From: a virus
Direction: 5' to 3' (one strand)
IMG/VR virus record: IMGVR_UViG_3300032213_002070
Location: 81,344-145,343 of that record
DNA length: 64,000 nt
In this document: in pieces, positions 20,572 through 31,991 of the stretch
How the letters are laid out: each line of letters starts with the position of its first letter
How positions within the stretch are numbered: position 1 is the first letter of the stretch
Notes under the pieces: generated by a model
Database searches by the model: none
What the model was told of the DNA's origin: nothing
The model's input: only the letters and a program-made list of their open reading frames with translations
Translations under genes and position numbers: made by a program

Positions 20572-20982
20572 TTATAAACTAATAATTTTAGTTGCAGTAT
20601 TATCCCAACTTAAAGTTAATGTTGTAGCATCTGCAGTGCCACTAAATGGTAGTCCGGGTGAATCATCTATAAATGATATTAATCTAGAATTTGCATCCGT
20701 AGTTCCAACTTGATATAAGACTATTGCTTGAAAAGGTTGACCATCATATACTTCCGTTAAATCGTTAGCATCGAGTGTCCCTAAAACATTTGTTAAATTT
20801 GACAGCGTTGAACTTCTATAAACGATAGCTGATGATGGTATTGCTGATAGAAATTCATCAGTATTTTGATTAGGTGTATACAATGTAGTTTTTATAAAAG
20901 CTGTTTTAAAAGATTTTGTTGTTATATCAATCCCACCTTTAAAAAGTGCTTCTTTACTTTTTTTATATATAAAATTAGCCAT
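20572..20982 (-). CDS. virion structural protein
   Basis: MANFIY...; lies in the head/fibre operon. Confidence 0.65.
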   Translation of the reverse strand: MANFIYKKSKEALFKGGIDITTKSFKTAFIKTTLYTPNQNTDEFLSAIPSSAIVYRSSTLSNLTNVLGTLDANDLTEVYDGQPFQAIVLYQVGTTDANSRLISFIDDSPGLPFSGTADATTLTLSWDNTATKIISL

Positions 20983-20983
20983 C

Positions 20984-21763
20984 TTATATACCAACATCTT
21001 TAGAAACAGTTATTTTATATTTATAACCTTTTTCAAAATATTCTTTGTTATCAGTAAAATAACTTGGAGTTGCGTCTATCAATGATGGAAAATCTACGTA
21101 GACTTCTGGTCTCCATGAGTGCATTTGCACTAGAGTAGATACGCTTTCCCATCGGCTAGGAGCTTTCTGTATCTTTTTCCTTTGTGCTTTAAAATATCTA
21201 TTATCTAAAAAGTTAGATGCTGGACGATCACTAAAGGTTATGATTACTCTTCCGTTATTATAATCATTACCTATATAGAAATCACCATTTTTAGGTTCAA
21301 CTGATTCTATGTAGAAATCTGGATTTTTTGCTATGATCTGATATGTGGTATAAGCTTCTTGCATTATAGAATTATCTTCTATAAGAAGTTCTTCCATCTT
21401 AGGAGCTATAACTGTTAGGTAATCGGATGGTGTGGCGGATTCTACTGTGGTAAACGCAATTTTTTCTTCTGTTACAACTTCATTAGCCGAATCCAATAAT
21501 CCAACTACTCTAATATAATATTGTTTTTGTGATGTTAAAACGTTATTATTTGACCAATATAAGGTTAATGTTCTTGCTATTGTATTGTAATCAGTTAGTG
21601 TATTAATTGTCTTAAATGGGTTGGTAACAGCTGTTGGCGTTGCATCTGCAGACTGAACTACAAATCTAGCGTTTGTTAATGAACTAATTTTTATAGTTCT
21701 ACCAAACTTAATTTTAACTTTATCTATACCTACTGAAGCGTAGTCAATCAGATTAAGCGCCAC
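20984..21763 (-). CDS. virion structural protein, probably Ig-like domains
   Basis: Beta-rich; AGGAG RBS; directly after the capsid terminator. Confidence 0.6.
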   Translation of the reverse strand: MALNLIDYASVGIDKVKIKFGRTIKISSLTNARFVVQSADATPTAVTNPFKTINTLTDYNTIARTLTLYWSNNNVLTSQKQYYIRVVGLLDSANEVVTEEKIAFTTVESATPSDYLTVIAPKMEELLIEDNSIMQEAYTTYQIIAKNPDFYIESVEPKNGDFYIGNDYNNGRVIITFSDRPASNFLDNRYFKAQRKKIQKAPSRWESVSTLVQMHSWRPEVYVDFPSLIDATPSYFTDNKEYFEKGYKYKITVSKDVGI

Positions 21764-21812
21764 TATGCGTCTCCTTAAAATATTCTCTATCTAACTAGTA
21801 ACGACTGTTGTA

Positions 21813-21844
21813 CAAAAAAATAAGGGGCAGCTTTCGCTGCCCCC
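21813..21844 (-). terminator. rho-independent terminator after major capsid gene
   Basis: GGGGCAGC-GAAA-GCTGCCCC followed by TTATTTTTTT on the minus strand. Confidence 0.85.
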
Positions 21845-21889
21845 TACTTTCTAAGACTGTGTCGTAACTATAACAGTCCTAAGGTTCTA

Positions 21890-22945
21890 TTACATTTCGT
21901 TAGTAACAAGTACCTCGTAGTTACGGGCAAGTCTAACGTTCTTAGCAACAGTGATACCTTCACCGTCACCCAACATGATGATGTCATAACGCTCTTTCAT
22001 CTTCATGGAACGGATGTCACGCGATGGATCATCAAACTGATCCGTACTCATGTCATCCTTTACAAGAAGCGTTCCGACCTCATTACGGTCGATCAAGAAC
22101 ACGTCCGACATTGCTGGCGTTGCGCCATTCTTAGCTGTGAAGCTTACGAATGGTGATACCAACACATTCAGACCCATTGGGGCTGTTGCGTTAAGAGCGC
22201 CATCCTTCGACTGTGGGCGGTAGCCCCAGCTGGTATTAACAGCTGATGCAGCGCCACCCATGTGGAAGATCGAGTCCTTGAGGAAGACCGACCACATCAG
22301 TGGGTGAAGAATGAAGTCTGTTGGTATATGGTTTTCTGCCATAAGAACAGCAGCCATGTCGACAACATCATCCCATGTCATTGAGAGGTTATAAGCCCCA
22401 TCAATTCCACGACCTGTTGTATCGTCATAACCAGCGTCTGCGTTGTCGTAGACAATTGTAGCTGCGTCTTTAAAGCGACTCAGTGCAATTTGTTCCTTTA
22501 AGCGGGCCATTGCACGGCCAGCAGCACGTACATGGAGTCCTACGATGTCCCAAAGAGAATCGGCGATAACTTCCTCAGTGAAAGCCAGCTTCACGCCCTT
22601 CTTCGACACCTTACCCTCGATTTGCTTAGCAAATGCGAGAGCTTGTTCTGGGTATTCTTGTCCTTCTGGGATCTCAGCAGCTTGAATTGCGTTTACCGCT
22701 GGAAATTCCAAAGAACGACCCTTACCAAGGCGTACTGTAGAAAGAAGCGGAGTTACCAAAAGCTGTGGCTCGGCTGCCTCGCGCAGAGTACGAGAAATAA
22801 CCTTAGGGAAGAGTGCTGCGGCATCAGATGACGCAAACGCTTCCTTAATAGTAATTCTGTTGTCTGTGTCGATGTAACCGTCCTCAGCAAATGCGGCTTC
22901 CCAAGCTGGGAGACCCGAGAGGAGTTCTTGGATTGTCTTACTCAT
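21890..22945 (-). CDS. major capsid protein (HK97 fold)
   Basis: 351 aa; AAEIPEGQEYP, K.G....FTEE.I.DS.WD, PTDFILHP; follows protease and decoration genes; highly biased codons. Confidence 0.85.
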   Translation of the reverse strand: MSKTIQELLSGLPAWEAAFAEDGYIDTDNRITIKEAFASSDAAALFPKVISRTLREAAEPQLLVTPLLSTVRLGKGRSLEFPAVNAIQAAEIPEGQEYPEQALAFAKQIEGKVSKKGVKLAFTEEVIADSLWDIVGLHVRAAGRAMARLKEQIALSRFKDAATIVYDNADAGYDDTTGRGIDGAYNLSMTWDDVVDMAAVLMAENHIPTDFILHPLMWSVFLKDSIFHMGGAASAVNTSWGYRPQSKDGALNATAPMGLNVLVSPFVSFTAKNGATPAMSDVFLIDRNEVGTLLVKDDMSTDQFDDPSRDIRSMKMKERYDIIMLGDGEGITVAKNVRLARNYEVLVTNEM

Positions 22946-22991
22946 CTTAGGATATTTCCTCCTGTTTAATTATTTCTTCTTGTTTTTTCTA

Positions 22992-23759
22992 TTAGAGTGT
23001 TAAATTGACGCGGAAAGCACCAATAACATTCGTAACATCTAGGTTTGCACGGATACCCAGTTTACCTGAGTATGTGCCTGTCTTTGTGAGCTCATAAACT
23101 GTCTTGAGCGCACCTGGATCTGATGGAAGTTGCATGTAGGAAAGTAGTCCGTCATCAAAGTTTGTAGCAAACTTCTCAACTTCAATTACCTTACCAACTT
23201 GCACCCATGGAGTGTGTGATGCTCCTGTTGAGTTTGACGAAGCTGCAAGCTTAACTGGACGACCCATTCCGTCTGAACAAACTAGGTCACCTGCTAATAG
23301 ATCAGCGTTGATTCCACTAACCATTGGATATTCAACATATCCTCTAGTGATGAAGCCTGCGCCTTGCGATGTACCCTTATCAAATGGACGATAGAGGTCA
23401 TACTGTGCACAGCCAACTGGAACTGAATAAGCAGCAACTGCTTGTGTATCGCCTGAGCGCGAAGAGTTAGGTGTTGCACCCGAAGTTGGGTCCCAACCTA
23501 CTGTTGTGTCGCCCCAAGTTACAGTTGAACCTGTACCGTTAGCTGGAACAAAACGTGAATCACCATTTGCATCTGTTACAACCGAAAGGATAGTTCCCTT
23601 TGGAATAACAATTTCAAAACGGTTATCTTCTGAATCTGTATACCAAGTTGGAAGGGCAACCGATGGCAAGATGTAAGCCGAAGGTGCAATACCCTCTGAA
23701 ACTACAAAGCGACCAGCACCCGTTTTGGTACCTACTTTACGAAATTTTGCTAATGACAT
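22992..23759 (-). CDS. capsid decoration/cement protein
   Basis: Lies between protease and MCP; VIPKGTI, GDLV.SD..G.PV, QVGKVI. Confidence 0.65.
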   Translation of the reverse strand: MSLAKFRKVGTKTGAGRFVVSEGIAPSAYILPSVALPTWYTDSEDNRFEIVIPKGTILSVVTDANGDSRFVPANGTGSTVTWGDTTVGWDPTSGATPNSSRSGDTQAVAAYSVPVGCAQYDLYRPFDKGTSQGAGFITRGYVEYPMVSGINADLLAGDLVCSDGMGRPVKLAASSNSTGASHTPWVQVGKVIEVEKFATNFDDGLLSYMQLPSDPGALKTVYELTKTGTYSGKLGIRANLDVTNVIGAFRVNLTL

Positions 23760-23789
23760 TTATTTTCTCCTTGTATGTATAGTTTGTTT

Positions 23790-25806
23790 TTAAAGTTTGC
23801 GACGGCCCATAAAGGCATCTACGAACAGCTCTTCAACTGTGTCGACTCTAGCTTGTGGTGCTGTTTCTACTTCTTCATCTTCTAGTATAACATTGTCTTC
23901 CTTTTCTAGAAGAATGTCATTCTCGATGATGGATTCATTAAGTTTTTGAATATTCTTTTTTGCTACTGGAAGTTTAGCTAAATCTCTTAACGAATCTGCT
24001 AATGATCCTGCGGACCTCTTAGTGTGATCGATAATCAATTCTTCTCTACTTTCAACAGACTCTGTACCTAATGAAATTTTTGTATCAACAACTCTTTCGG
24101 CTAATGTACGGTGTAGTGCTTCTTTGAGTTTAGCATTTTCTTCTTGGAGAGCTTGAAGTTTATTTACTTCATCATTGGTATCTTGCTCATCAGCCTTTAC
24201 TTCATCTGTGAGCTCCACCTTTGACTCTTCTTGCTCTTCCATTTCTGCGGGGATTTCAGCATTTGCAGAATCAACCACTTCTTGTTCAACTTGTTCTTCT
24301 GTTGTCACTGTTATCTCCTTAGACTCTGTATTATCAATTGTTTCTGATTCGTTTGCTGGCTCCATAGGCTCTTCCTTTAAAGAAGACCTTAATTGCCATG
24401 CCCACTTCTTATGCTTATCGTCGCGCTCTGCAAGGAAGTTTGCAATTCCCTGTTCGTTAGCTGCGTTTGCCACAGCAAATGCAGCCATCACGCTTGCGTT
24501 CACCATATTGTTTTTTTCGAGAATACCTTGTGCTAAACCAAGAGCCTCTGTTATTGTCATATCATCTTTGAATGACGAATTCATAACTGATTCAGTAAGA
24601 GTTGCAGGGAAAGCTTGAAGTTTTCTCATGTTTTCTGCAATTTGATCAACCGACCCAATGGCATCTTCATATATATTTGAGAATAGCTCATGGTACTCAC
24701 TAAAATCTTCACCTTCAATATTCCAGTGCGCTCTATGAGCTGCAAAGTAAAATACTATTGTGTCATTCAAGACTCTTTGAAGACTTGCTGCTAAGCCTGT
24801 GGCGTCAGCTTCTCCAACTTGTACGGCTTCTTCAAGCTCTACGGTTTCTTCGGTCTCTACAGAAGAGGCAGCTATAGTGGAAAGATCTTGGCTTAAATTT
24901 TCGACAGCGGCCAAGACGTCTTCACCCTGAATGGTTTCGTCCATACTAAGATTCTCCTCATTATCAATAATCATCTTTCTAGATAGTAACGAGGTATCAT
25001 CAGCCTTAGCAGTTTCGCTTTCCTGAAAAGCAAGTGCGGTAAGGAAAGATCCCTTAAGGTGCAAATATAGCGGCCTTGATTCCTTCTTTTTAAGATTCTT
25101 AAAGATAGACTCATTTTCTTCAACGGTAGTGATATCTTCTTTGTCCATATGGAGAATAAATGCTGTGCTCTTAGCGGTCCAGGTATCTGAATCATTGATT
25201 GGTGTTGAACCGTCAATAATCTTCGATGATCTTACGCTAGATCTTTGATCAGCTGGTTGATTAACAAAAGAATATTCTTTAAAAGAGATATCTTGCATGT
25301 CTGCAAAAGCTAGCTTACCCTTGTAAACTTGGCCTCTCTTATACTTAACTGGCTTTGGTCTTCCGTCAGCTGTTTCTGCGGCTAGATCTTCTCCGGATAT
25401 AGAACAAATTGCTCTTCCCGCTCTGCCGCCAACTGAGCCGGTTAGGTACCTTTGATCTGAGATCTTCTGAGCAGCCTGTGGATCTGTTACAGCTATCTGC
25501 AAACGAATGTATGGTGAGCCATCGGCTTCTTTGTCCATCTTAGCTGCGATTACTCTACCAATTGGCTCTGAGTTCAAATCATGATTTAAAATAATAGGCT
25601 TTGGGTATGGCTCAACCCAAGACTGGAGTGACTTCTCTAAAGCATCTGCCGAGTAGTTATTGTAGTTAGCTGTTAATCCGTTCGTGGATTGCAGCAACTT
25701 CTATAATAAGGCCTTGCTTGCCGTTTGATGATTCGGCAAAATCGCTTTCCAAATTCGAGAGGTCAGGAAGTTGGAGAGTGAAATTTTCTACGAAATCAAA
25801 TGCCAT
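23790..25806 (-). CDS. prohead protease-scaffold with inserted Dps/ferritin-like domain; +1 shift at CGGA 25677-25680
   Basis: ATG 25806 with GGAG RBS ...AAIHE-CGG-A; the +1 frame gives IHEGLTANYNNY, PIILNHD...PIGRV, GSVGG, EYSFVNQPAD; acidic coiled-coil C-terminus. Confidence 0.85.
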
Positions 25807-25895
25807 TATGTTTACTCCATTTAAATATTAATATGCTCTTATAGTAAATTGTCTTTTATAAGATTAAACAATCTTATATAAATATATCATACTTT

Positions 25896-26669
25896 CTATG
25901 CAACTGTAAAGAAAGCGTTTCCTCTATCATCTCCATTGACTAAAAAGTTATCCAACATTGCTTTATGCATTATATGTGGAGCGTAGATATATGAAGCGGA
26001 ATATAGGTTATATCCAAGTTTTGCTGCATTCCCAGACCAACCTAAATCTTCACCTTGTGAATGCAATGAATAATTTACGTTGCTATAAACATCTTTAGAC
26101 ATCATCTTTGCTGCCATAATAATATCAGATTTAAAGTACTCACCTAGTGGATAGGTTGGCTTCCTGTACCCGCGCTTACCTGGTTCATTTTCCCAGTTCA
26201 TTACACTTGGATACATTTTATCCATAGGAGTCATAAACATCAGTGGACTTACTGCATCTGCGCCTGATTGAATATGCGATATTAAAAGTTGAATTGTATT
26301 AGGATTAGTTAAAAGGATATCCGAATCTAGGCTAAAGAAATAATTTGGATTTAATTCTCTGACCTTATTCAACATGGTATTACGCAGATTAACCATGTTT
26401 TCGTATTTAGACATACTCCAAGTTCTAGTTCCTTCTTCATGAATAAAGTGTGGAACGTCTGGTTTTATATCAATAATAAATTCTGGAATATCTGGTCGAG
26501 CATTCCTATAACGTATTAACATCTCTATAGTTTGTTCATCATCAGGAGATGCTTCAAAAACAAAACCTATTTTAGAAAAATCAATATTTTGATTTTCTAT
26601 ACAAGATATCCAGTAGGGAAATATCCAATCTCTTTTATAGATTGGACAACCAATCACCAATTCAAGCAT
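25896..26669 (-). CDS. GT-A (GT2-like) glycosyltransferase
   Basis: IGCP, LRN..L, FFSLDSD (DxD), GEDLGW. Confidence 0.75.
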   Translation of the reverse strand: MLELVIGCPIYKRDWIFPYWISCIENQNIDFSKIGFVFEASPDDEQTIEMLIRYRNARPDIPEFIIDIKPDVPHFIHEEGTRTWSMSKYENMVNLRNTMLNKVRELNPNYFFSLDSDILLTNPNTIQLLISHIQSGADAVSPLMFMTPMDKMYPSVMNWENEPGKRGYRKPTYPLGEYFKSDIIMAAKMMSKDVYSNVNYSLHSQGEDLGWSGNAAKLGYNLYSASYIYAPHIMHKAMLDNFLVNGDDRGNAFFTVA

Positions 26670-26672
26670 GTT

Positions 26673-26981
26673 TTATGCAGTAGCTTCAACTACTGTTTCT
26701 TTTGCCTTTTTCTTTGGCGCTTCAACTGCTGGTTCTTCTTTTTTTGTTTCAACTAAAGGAATATCTTCTTTTACTGTTTGTTTTGGAACAACCACAGAAG
26801 CTTGCACCGCTTCTGGTTCTTCATCAATAATGATATCAAGAATTGCATCAATAACGTCTACTAAAGCCTCAAGAGCTAAACGTGTTTGTCCATTGTTAAC
26901 TGCTCTTTTAAATACTTGAAGAATATCTTCTTCTGGATTTTGGCTACCATTCAATTTTTCATTTATATCAAACATTGTCAT
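26673..26981 (-). CDS. hypothetical protein
   Basis: ORF overlapping the portal stop; E/K-rich tail. Confidence 0.65.
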   Translation of the reverse strand: MTMFDINEKLNGSQNPEEDILQVFKRAVNNGQTRLALEALVDVIDAILDIIIDEEPEAVQASVVVPKQTVKEDIPLVETKKEEPAVEAPKKKAKETVVEATA

Positions 26982-28605
26982 CTTCCTTTGTTACATCGGA
27001 CTCCACAACAGTATACTCGTTATCTAGTAAAGATTCAATTACTGATAAGAAATTATTATCAAATCTCTTAATATCAGGTGATGTTTTTCTACCGTTTTGA
27101 TTCATCGGGCGCATTGCATTGCCTACACCTTTTTTCTTAGAAGGTAAGTTTCTTTGCCCAGCTGGAGCTGATTTCTGTCCGTCTGAAGTTTTTGGATCTG
27201 GTGGTGTATTTGCAGCTTGTGCTTTTGCTGTTCCGGTAGCAACATCAATCTGTATATCACCCTGGATGGACGCGTACGTGCTCTTAGCGTCGACTTCTGG
27301 GTCATACCCCAGTGCAACACGCGCCTCATCAACTGTAATCAAATTGTTGATAAATTTTTGTATAATATGATTTTCTTTTTTAACCTGTGTATCAACATCA
27401 ATTTCTTTAAACTTGAAATAGCATCTATCCGAAACGCCAGTTTCTAGTGGGTTAGTGATTGGATCAAAGCCGCCCTCAAATAACAATTCGTTAAATACAT
27501 TTAATCTAATCATCTCAGAAAAGAGTTTCTGATATTGCTTAATTCTGTCGTATAAAGCTACGTCTAATCTTTCTGTTACTGATCTATTTCCACCGTTTAA
27601 AGACATGCCCAAGTGATGTGGAGCAACTCCTAAACCAATAGCTACACGTTCTTTAAAGTGGTTTAAATACTGACTTGCATCTAACGATGCGCCTTGTGAA
27701 CCAATTACTTCTACGTCATGTCTAAACGGAAGTATTAATCCACCTTCAGCTCTTAAGTTTTCTATTTCTATTGCTGCTTGTTGGATTTCTTCTGGCTCTG
27801 CTGGTTGCTCTGCTGTACCAATTTTGTATTTGTAAAGTGGAAACAATTCTCTGTGAACAAGATTTTGAATATCTTCTTCAATTTGGCGCAAAGCAATTAC
27901 GTCGTCTAGTACGTTAATCAAAAATGGAGTACCAAAAGCTCTACCAGTTTTTCTATCTAAATGCAAGTGTATTACTTTATCCGCAGTCCAAACTGGATTA
28001 CCTTCAAGTGGCATGTAGGTAAGAGGATCTGTCTGTTGACGATAAGACTTTGGCTTGTTGTGCTTATCTCTGAAAATTCGTACCTGCTCAGTTGGTATTA
28101 AATAATAACCAACAACTGGCATGTCACCAGTCATAGGAGAAAGTTTATCAGGAAAGTAATCGCTAAGATCTCCTCTTGCCTTAACTATAAAAGCATTTGC
28201 GTACTTAAAAAGTTGATCGGAAACCTCCATTAAGAAATCAACGAATGGTCTCTTCATGGCTATTTCCATAAAGTCTATTCTTTGGGCTAGGTATGAAACT
28301 GCTTCAGGATTCTCTGAAGTTATTTCCCAACCTTCTTTCCAAAAAAGATCTTTATATTTAGACATAGCTGATTTAACATAAGAGTCTGTATCAATTGCTT
28401 GCATTAATCTTTCAAAATCGTAGGTTGGTCTTTCAAAGATAGCTCTAGTATTAAAATAATAGTTAGTGCCTTGAAAACCTAACGCCAACGAGGCGACTTT
28501 CATCGCCTTTGATAAACCTTTTACTTGCTCTGGGTCTAACGCCTTTGCAGAAAAATTATTGTCGTTGTCTACTCGTTGAAAAGGTAAATAGTCTCTTATG
28601 GGCAT
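26968..28605 (-). CDS. portal protein
   Basis: 545 aa upstream of the protease; Y.NAFI.K.R, VIH......GRAFGTP, GLGV, IT.DEAR..LG. Confidence 0.8.
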   Translation of the reverse strand: MPIRDYLPFQRVDNDNNFSAKALDPEQVKGLSKAMKVASLALGFQGTNYYFNTRAIFERPTYDFERLMQAIDTDSYVKSAMSKYKDLFWKEGWEITSENPEAVSYLAQRIDFMEIAMKRPFVDFLMEVSDQLFKYANAFIVKARGDLSDYFPDKLSPMTGDMPVVGYYLIPTEQVRIFRDKHNKPKSYRQQTDPLTYMPLEGNPVWTADKVIHLHLDRKTGRAFGTPFLINVLDDVIALRQIEEDIQNLVHRELFPLYKYKIGTAEQPAEPEEIQQAAIEIENLRAEGGLILPFRHDVEVIGSQGASLDASQYLNHFKERVAIGLGVAPHHLGMSLNGGNRSVTERLDVALYDRIKQYQKLFSEMIRLNVFNELLFEGGFDPITNPLETGVSDRCYFKFKEIDVDTQVKKENHIIQKFINNLITVDEARVALGYDPEVDAKSTYASIQGDIQIDVATGTAKAQAANTPPDPKTSDGQKSAPAGQRNLPSKKKGVGNAMRPMNQNGRKTSPDIKRFDNNFLSVIESLLDNEYTVVESDVTKEDDNV

Positions 28606-28664
28606 AGTACATCCTTAATTGTGCCTGTATCTAAATAGTAGACACATTTTGTCTAGGCTGTAAT

Positions 28665-28847
28665 TTATTGTTTTTCTAGCATTCCTGCTGCTTCAAAGGT
28701 CTTCTTAATAATAAGATCCTTTACAGCCTCAAGCCAGAAAACTGTTTCAGCTTCTGTAAAATCACTCTTGTAAGAAAGATTCTTATCGCTAATCTTAATT
28801 TCAACTACAAATTCTGTCTTTACTTCTACTTCTGGTGTATCACTCAT
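28665..28847 (-). CDS. hypothetical protein
   Basis: 60-aa ORF in operon context. Confidence 0.6.
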   Translation of the reverse strand: MSDTPEVEVKTEFVVEIKISDKNLSYKSDFTEAETVFWLEAVKDLIIKKTFEAAGMLEKQ

Positions 28848-28848
28848 T

Positions 28849-29055
28849 TTATATTTGTCCTTTTAGTCTTTTGATAATAATCGATTGTTGTTTAATTGTT
28901 GCTTCTTTTATAACTAAATCAGTCATTAAGCTGCTAAGTTTTTCCTGAAAAACAGCTATAACTAAATTAACATCTAAATTAGAATCATTAATATCTGATT
29001 GAGAAGTTTCCATTATACCAGTTTCTTGTTCCTCTTGCTTGCTTATTCTAGACAT
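28849..29055 (-). CDS. hypothetical coiled-coil protein
   Basis: 68 aa; TGGTATAAT just upstream. Confidence 0.6.
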   Translation of the reverse strand: MSRISKQEEQETGIMETSQSDINDSNLDVNLVIAVFQEKLSSLMTDLVIKEATIKQQSIIIKRLKGQI

Positions 29056-29070
29056 TTTGTTATTATACCA

Positions 29071-31003
29071 CTAACTAAGCTTAGACTCAAGTTCTTCTAC
29101 TTTAGCTGACAGCTCTTGAACAGATTTAATTAAGATTCCAATAAATTCATCTAAATTTATAGCTTGCTGAGAATCGGGATCTTCTTTATCGGCAATTGCC
29201 CAACCACTATATTCATCTGTTGGAAATCCAGATTGCTCAAATGCTTCTTTTACTTCCTGCGCTACCAAACCAAAATGTTTTCTTTTTCCGGGCCCTACTG
29301 GCTCATATTCCGACTGGTTAGTTTCTTGGTCAACTGAAACCACTTTACTATCACCAGAAGAATTTTTCATCAGATAAACTCTTGGTTTTAAAGCATTAAT
29401 TAAACCTAAAACACTTGGAGTATCTTCTATAGAATCTTTTATTCGACGATCTGATATCTTTACTAAACTACCACTATAATTAACGTTATTCCAATAATAA
29501 CTTGCCGTTCCACAATTTCTACTACCAGCACTAAAGGGATAAAAGTTAGTGTCCCAACCTGAACTTGATGGATTAACAAATCCAATACCATTAACTCTTG
29601 AGTAACCAGATTCACCAAAAGAACAATAACCGAGTATCATAATACCCATCTATAGCAAGTGATCCACCAGTAATTGTTGGAGAATTAATAGAAATAGATG
29701 CTGTAATTGTTCCACCAGAAATTGTTTCAGCGGCTAAAGAACCAGTTGCAATTTTTCCACCACTAATAGTTGTTACACTATCGCCTATTCTTGCTTCTAA
29801 CTCACCAGGTCTTATTCTTGTTGAAGCCTCATAAGCAGCATCCTCTGCGGTACCTTGGGCTAGCACAGCTATCTCTCCAGCACTAATTGCAGTACTAAGT
29901 GCTGTAGATGCATTTGATTCCGCGTTATTAATAAGCGTAAGAGTGTTACCACCTGTAATGTTAATATTTCCACTTACTGTAAGACTGCTACCATCCCAAG
30001 TTAATTTATTACCTAAAGAAAATTGACTGGCACTATCAACATAAAATGGTGTATTAGTATTATTATAAACTCCATTACCAAGATAGATTTTAGAATTATC
30101 CGTTTGGGATAAAACCGTATTTCCAGTAAGGGTTAAAGTTTTTGCAGTAACTTCTCCAGTATTAGTTACCCTAAATGGTGCTATTGCAAAACTTGTGCTA
30201 TTTGCACCGCTCCACATGTTTCCGTTTGAATCAACATGGAATGATGTTGCATCAGATGTTCCTTGATCTTCACCAATATCTAAACTGGATCTAATGCTTG
30301 CATCATTAAAAACTGCTTTTCCATCACCACTTATTTTCCAACCAGTTCCACCAAATGTAGTATTTGCTGCTTGGTAATTACTGGATTTTAATATTGAATT
30401 AACTCCAGCCATTGTAATGGTATGTGCACCAATTGTTCCAGCTGTAATTTTTGATGCCGTGAGATCTATGATGTGAGCTGAATCAATTAATGTTGTAGCT
30501 GTTGATGCAACTATTGGAGTCCATTCAGAAGTGTTACCGGTTGTGTCAACAGATTGTACTCTTCCAAAATAAAGCTTTTCAGTCGTTACAACTGCTGAGA
30601 CTCCAGTGTTAGAATTAACAGTTGTATTACTAGTTGAGTTTTGTGGAACATCTACTGTAATAACGTTAGAAGCAGATACTCCCGATAGGTATGGAGTTGC
30701 TCCTGAATTGATAACGTAAGTTGACCCAGATTGACTAATGCTTTCGGGTAAGTAAACTTGATAATTATATGCTTTTAAGTCAGCTTCATTTGAAGGATTA
30801 AAACTAATCATTATAGATTTATAGTTACCAACTATAACTAGATTGCCTAGATCAGCTGGTTGAGTCACATCTAATGGAATCTCAAATCTAACAGCTGCAG
30901 TAGGATCTAAGGTTGCATTAATGTCTGCATCTTTGGGTTTAACGGTTAATAAATACTGTTTGCCAGGCTTAAGGTTTTGTATCGTTTTTTTGATAGTTGC
31001 CAT
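29071..31003 (-). CDS. tail spike/fibre with FN3-like N-terminus and C-terminal S74 chaperone; +1 shift at CGGT 29629-29632
   Basis: 29612..31003 ends YYDT-CGG-T; the +1 frame (GYCSFGESG) joins 29071..29649, which carries SDRRIK...LKP..Y...HFGLVAQEV. Confidence 0.82.
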
Positions 31004-31990
31004 TATTTTATTCCACCTATAGACTTAAATGATAAATCAGGATTAATAATTTGATTACCTAATGAAAAATTAAAATTAGTTAAAAAAGAAATTTTATTAA
31101 CTCTTACAGAAGAACTAGTTGAAAGTACATTTTTATCTTGCAAAGTTTCTATTTCTATATTATATTCTAAATATTCTAAATTTGTTTTTTCAAAAATAAT
31201 TGTTTCTTTTTCGGTTAATGAAAAACAATCTACCTCAAACCAATCTAGTATTACATTTTCAGTATCAGATGTTTGAACTTGTTTTGTGCTTATTCGTATC
31301 TTAAATTTTCCATAACCAGGACCTACTGAACCATGTACTCTTACTTTTGGCCCGCTAAAAGATGAAACTACTTTAGCTCCAGCTACTTGAGATAATCCAT
31401 TTATCCAGTCAGTACCTTCATTAAAATATGCTAATTTATAGTAACCATTAGAAGATCTAATAATTTCTTTTTCATAAAGATTTATACTTGAAGGCGTTGC
31501 GCTATACAAAGGGGAGTAGCCAGGAGATGCTTCAATTGTAGATATATAAGTTTTTGGATATTTAATATATTCTATAGCGGTTGAAGTACCAGTGGTCACT
31601 GGCGTTGCGTGGATGTACTTTATATAATCTGAACCGTAATATACAGAGTATTCTCCTGAGGTAAGTTGTCCAGGCAAGTGATCTTTTACGGATTTAAAGT
31701 ATAAGATACCATCAACTATCTTTGATACAGTTGGACTTGCAGCTTCTGTTGAGTTAGTAGATTCATAAACAACAATGTATGAATGATCTTGTAAGACTTT
31801 GTTTAAATTTTTATCATATAATATATTTAATTCTTCATCTGCAATATCTACAAATAACCAGTTGTTTTTACCAATATAGTCTTTAAATTCTGGAGGAGTT
31901 ACTCCGTCTTTTTAAAGGCGGCTTTATATAGACCTTACTCGTTGGAGAGGCAAGAGAACTTGTATTGTCTAAATAGTTAAACCATGTCAT
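31003..31990 (-). CDS. virion (tail/baseplate-like) protein; +1 shift at CGGA 31903-31906
   Basis: ATG 31990 abuts the upstream stop; ...PPLKR-CGG-A; the +1 frame (GVTPPEFKDYIG) is open into 31003..31677. Confidence 0.78.
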
Positions 31991-31991
31991 G

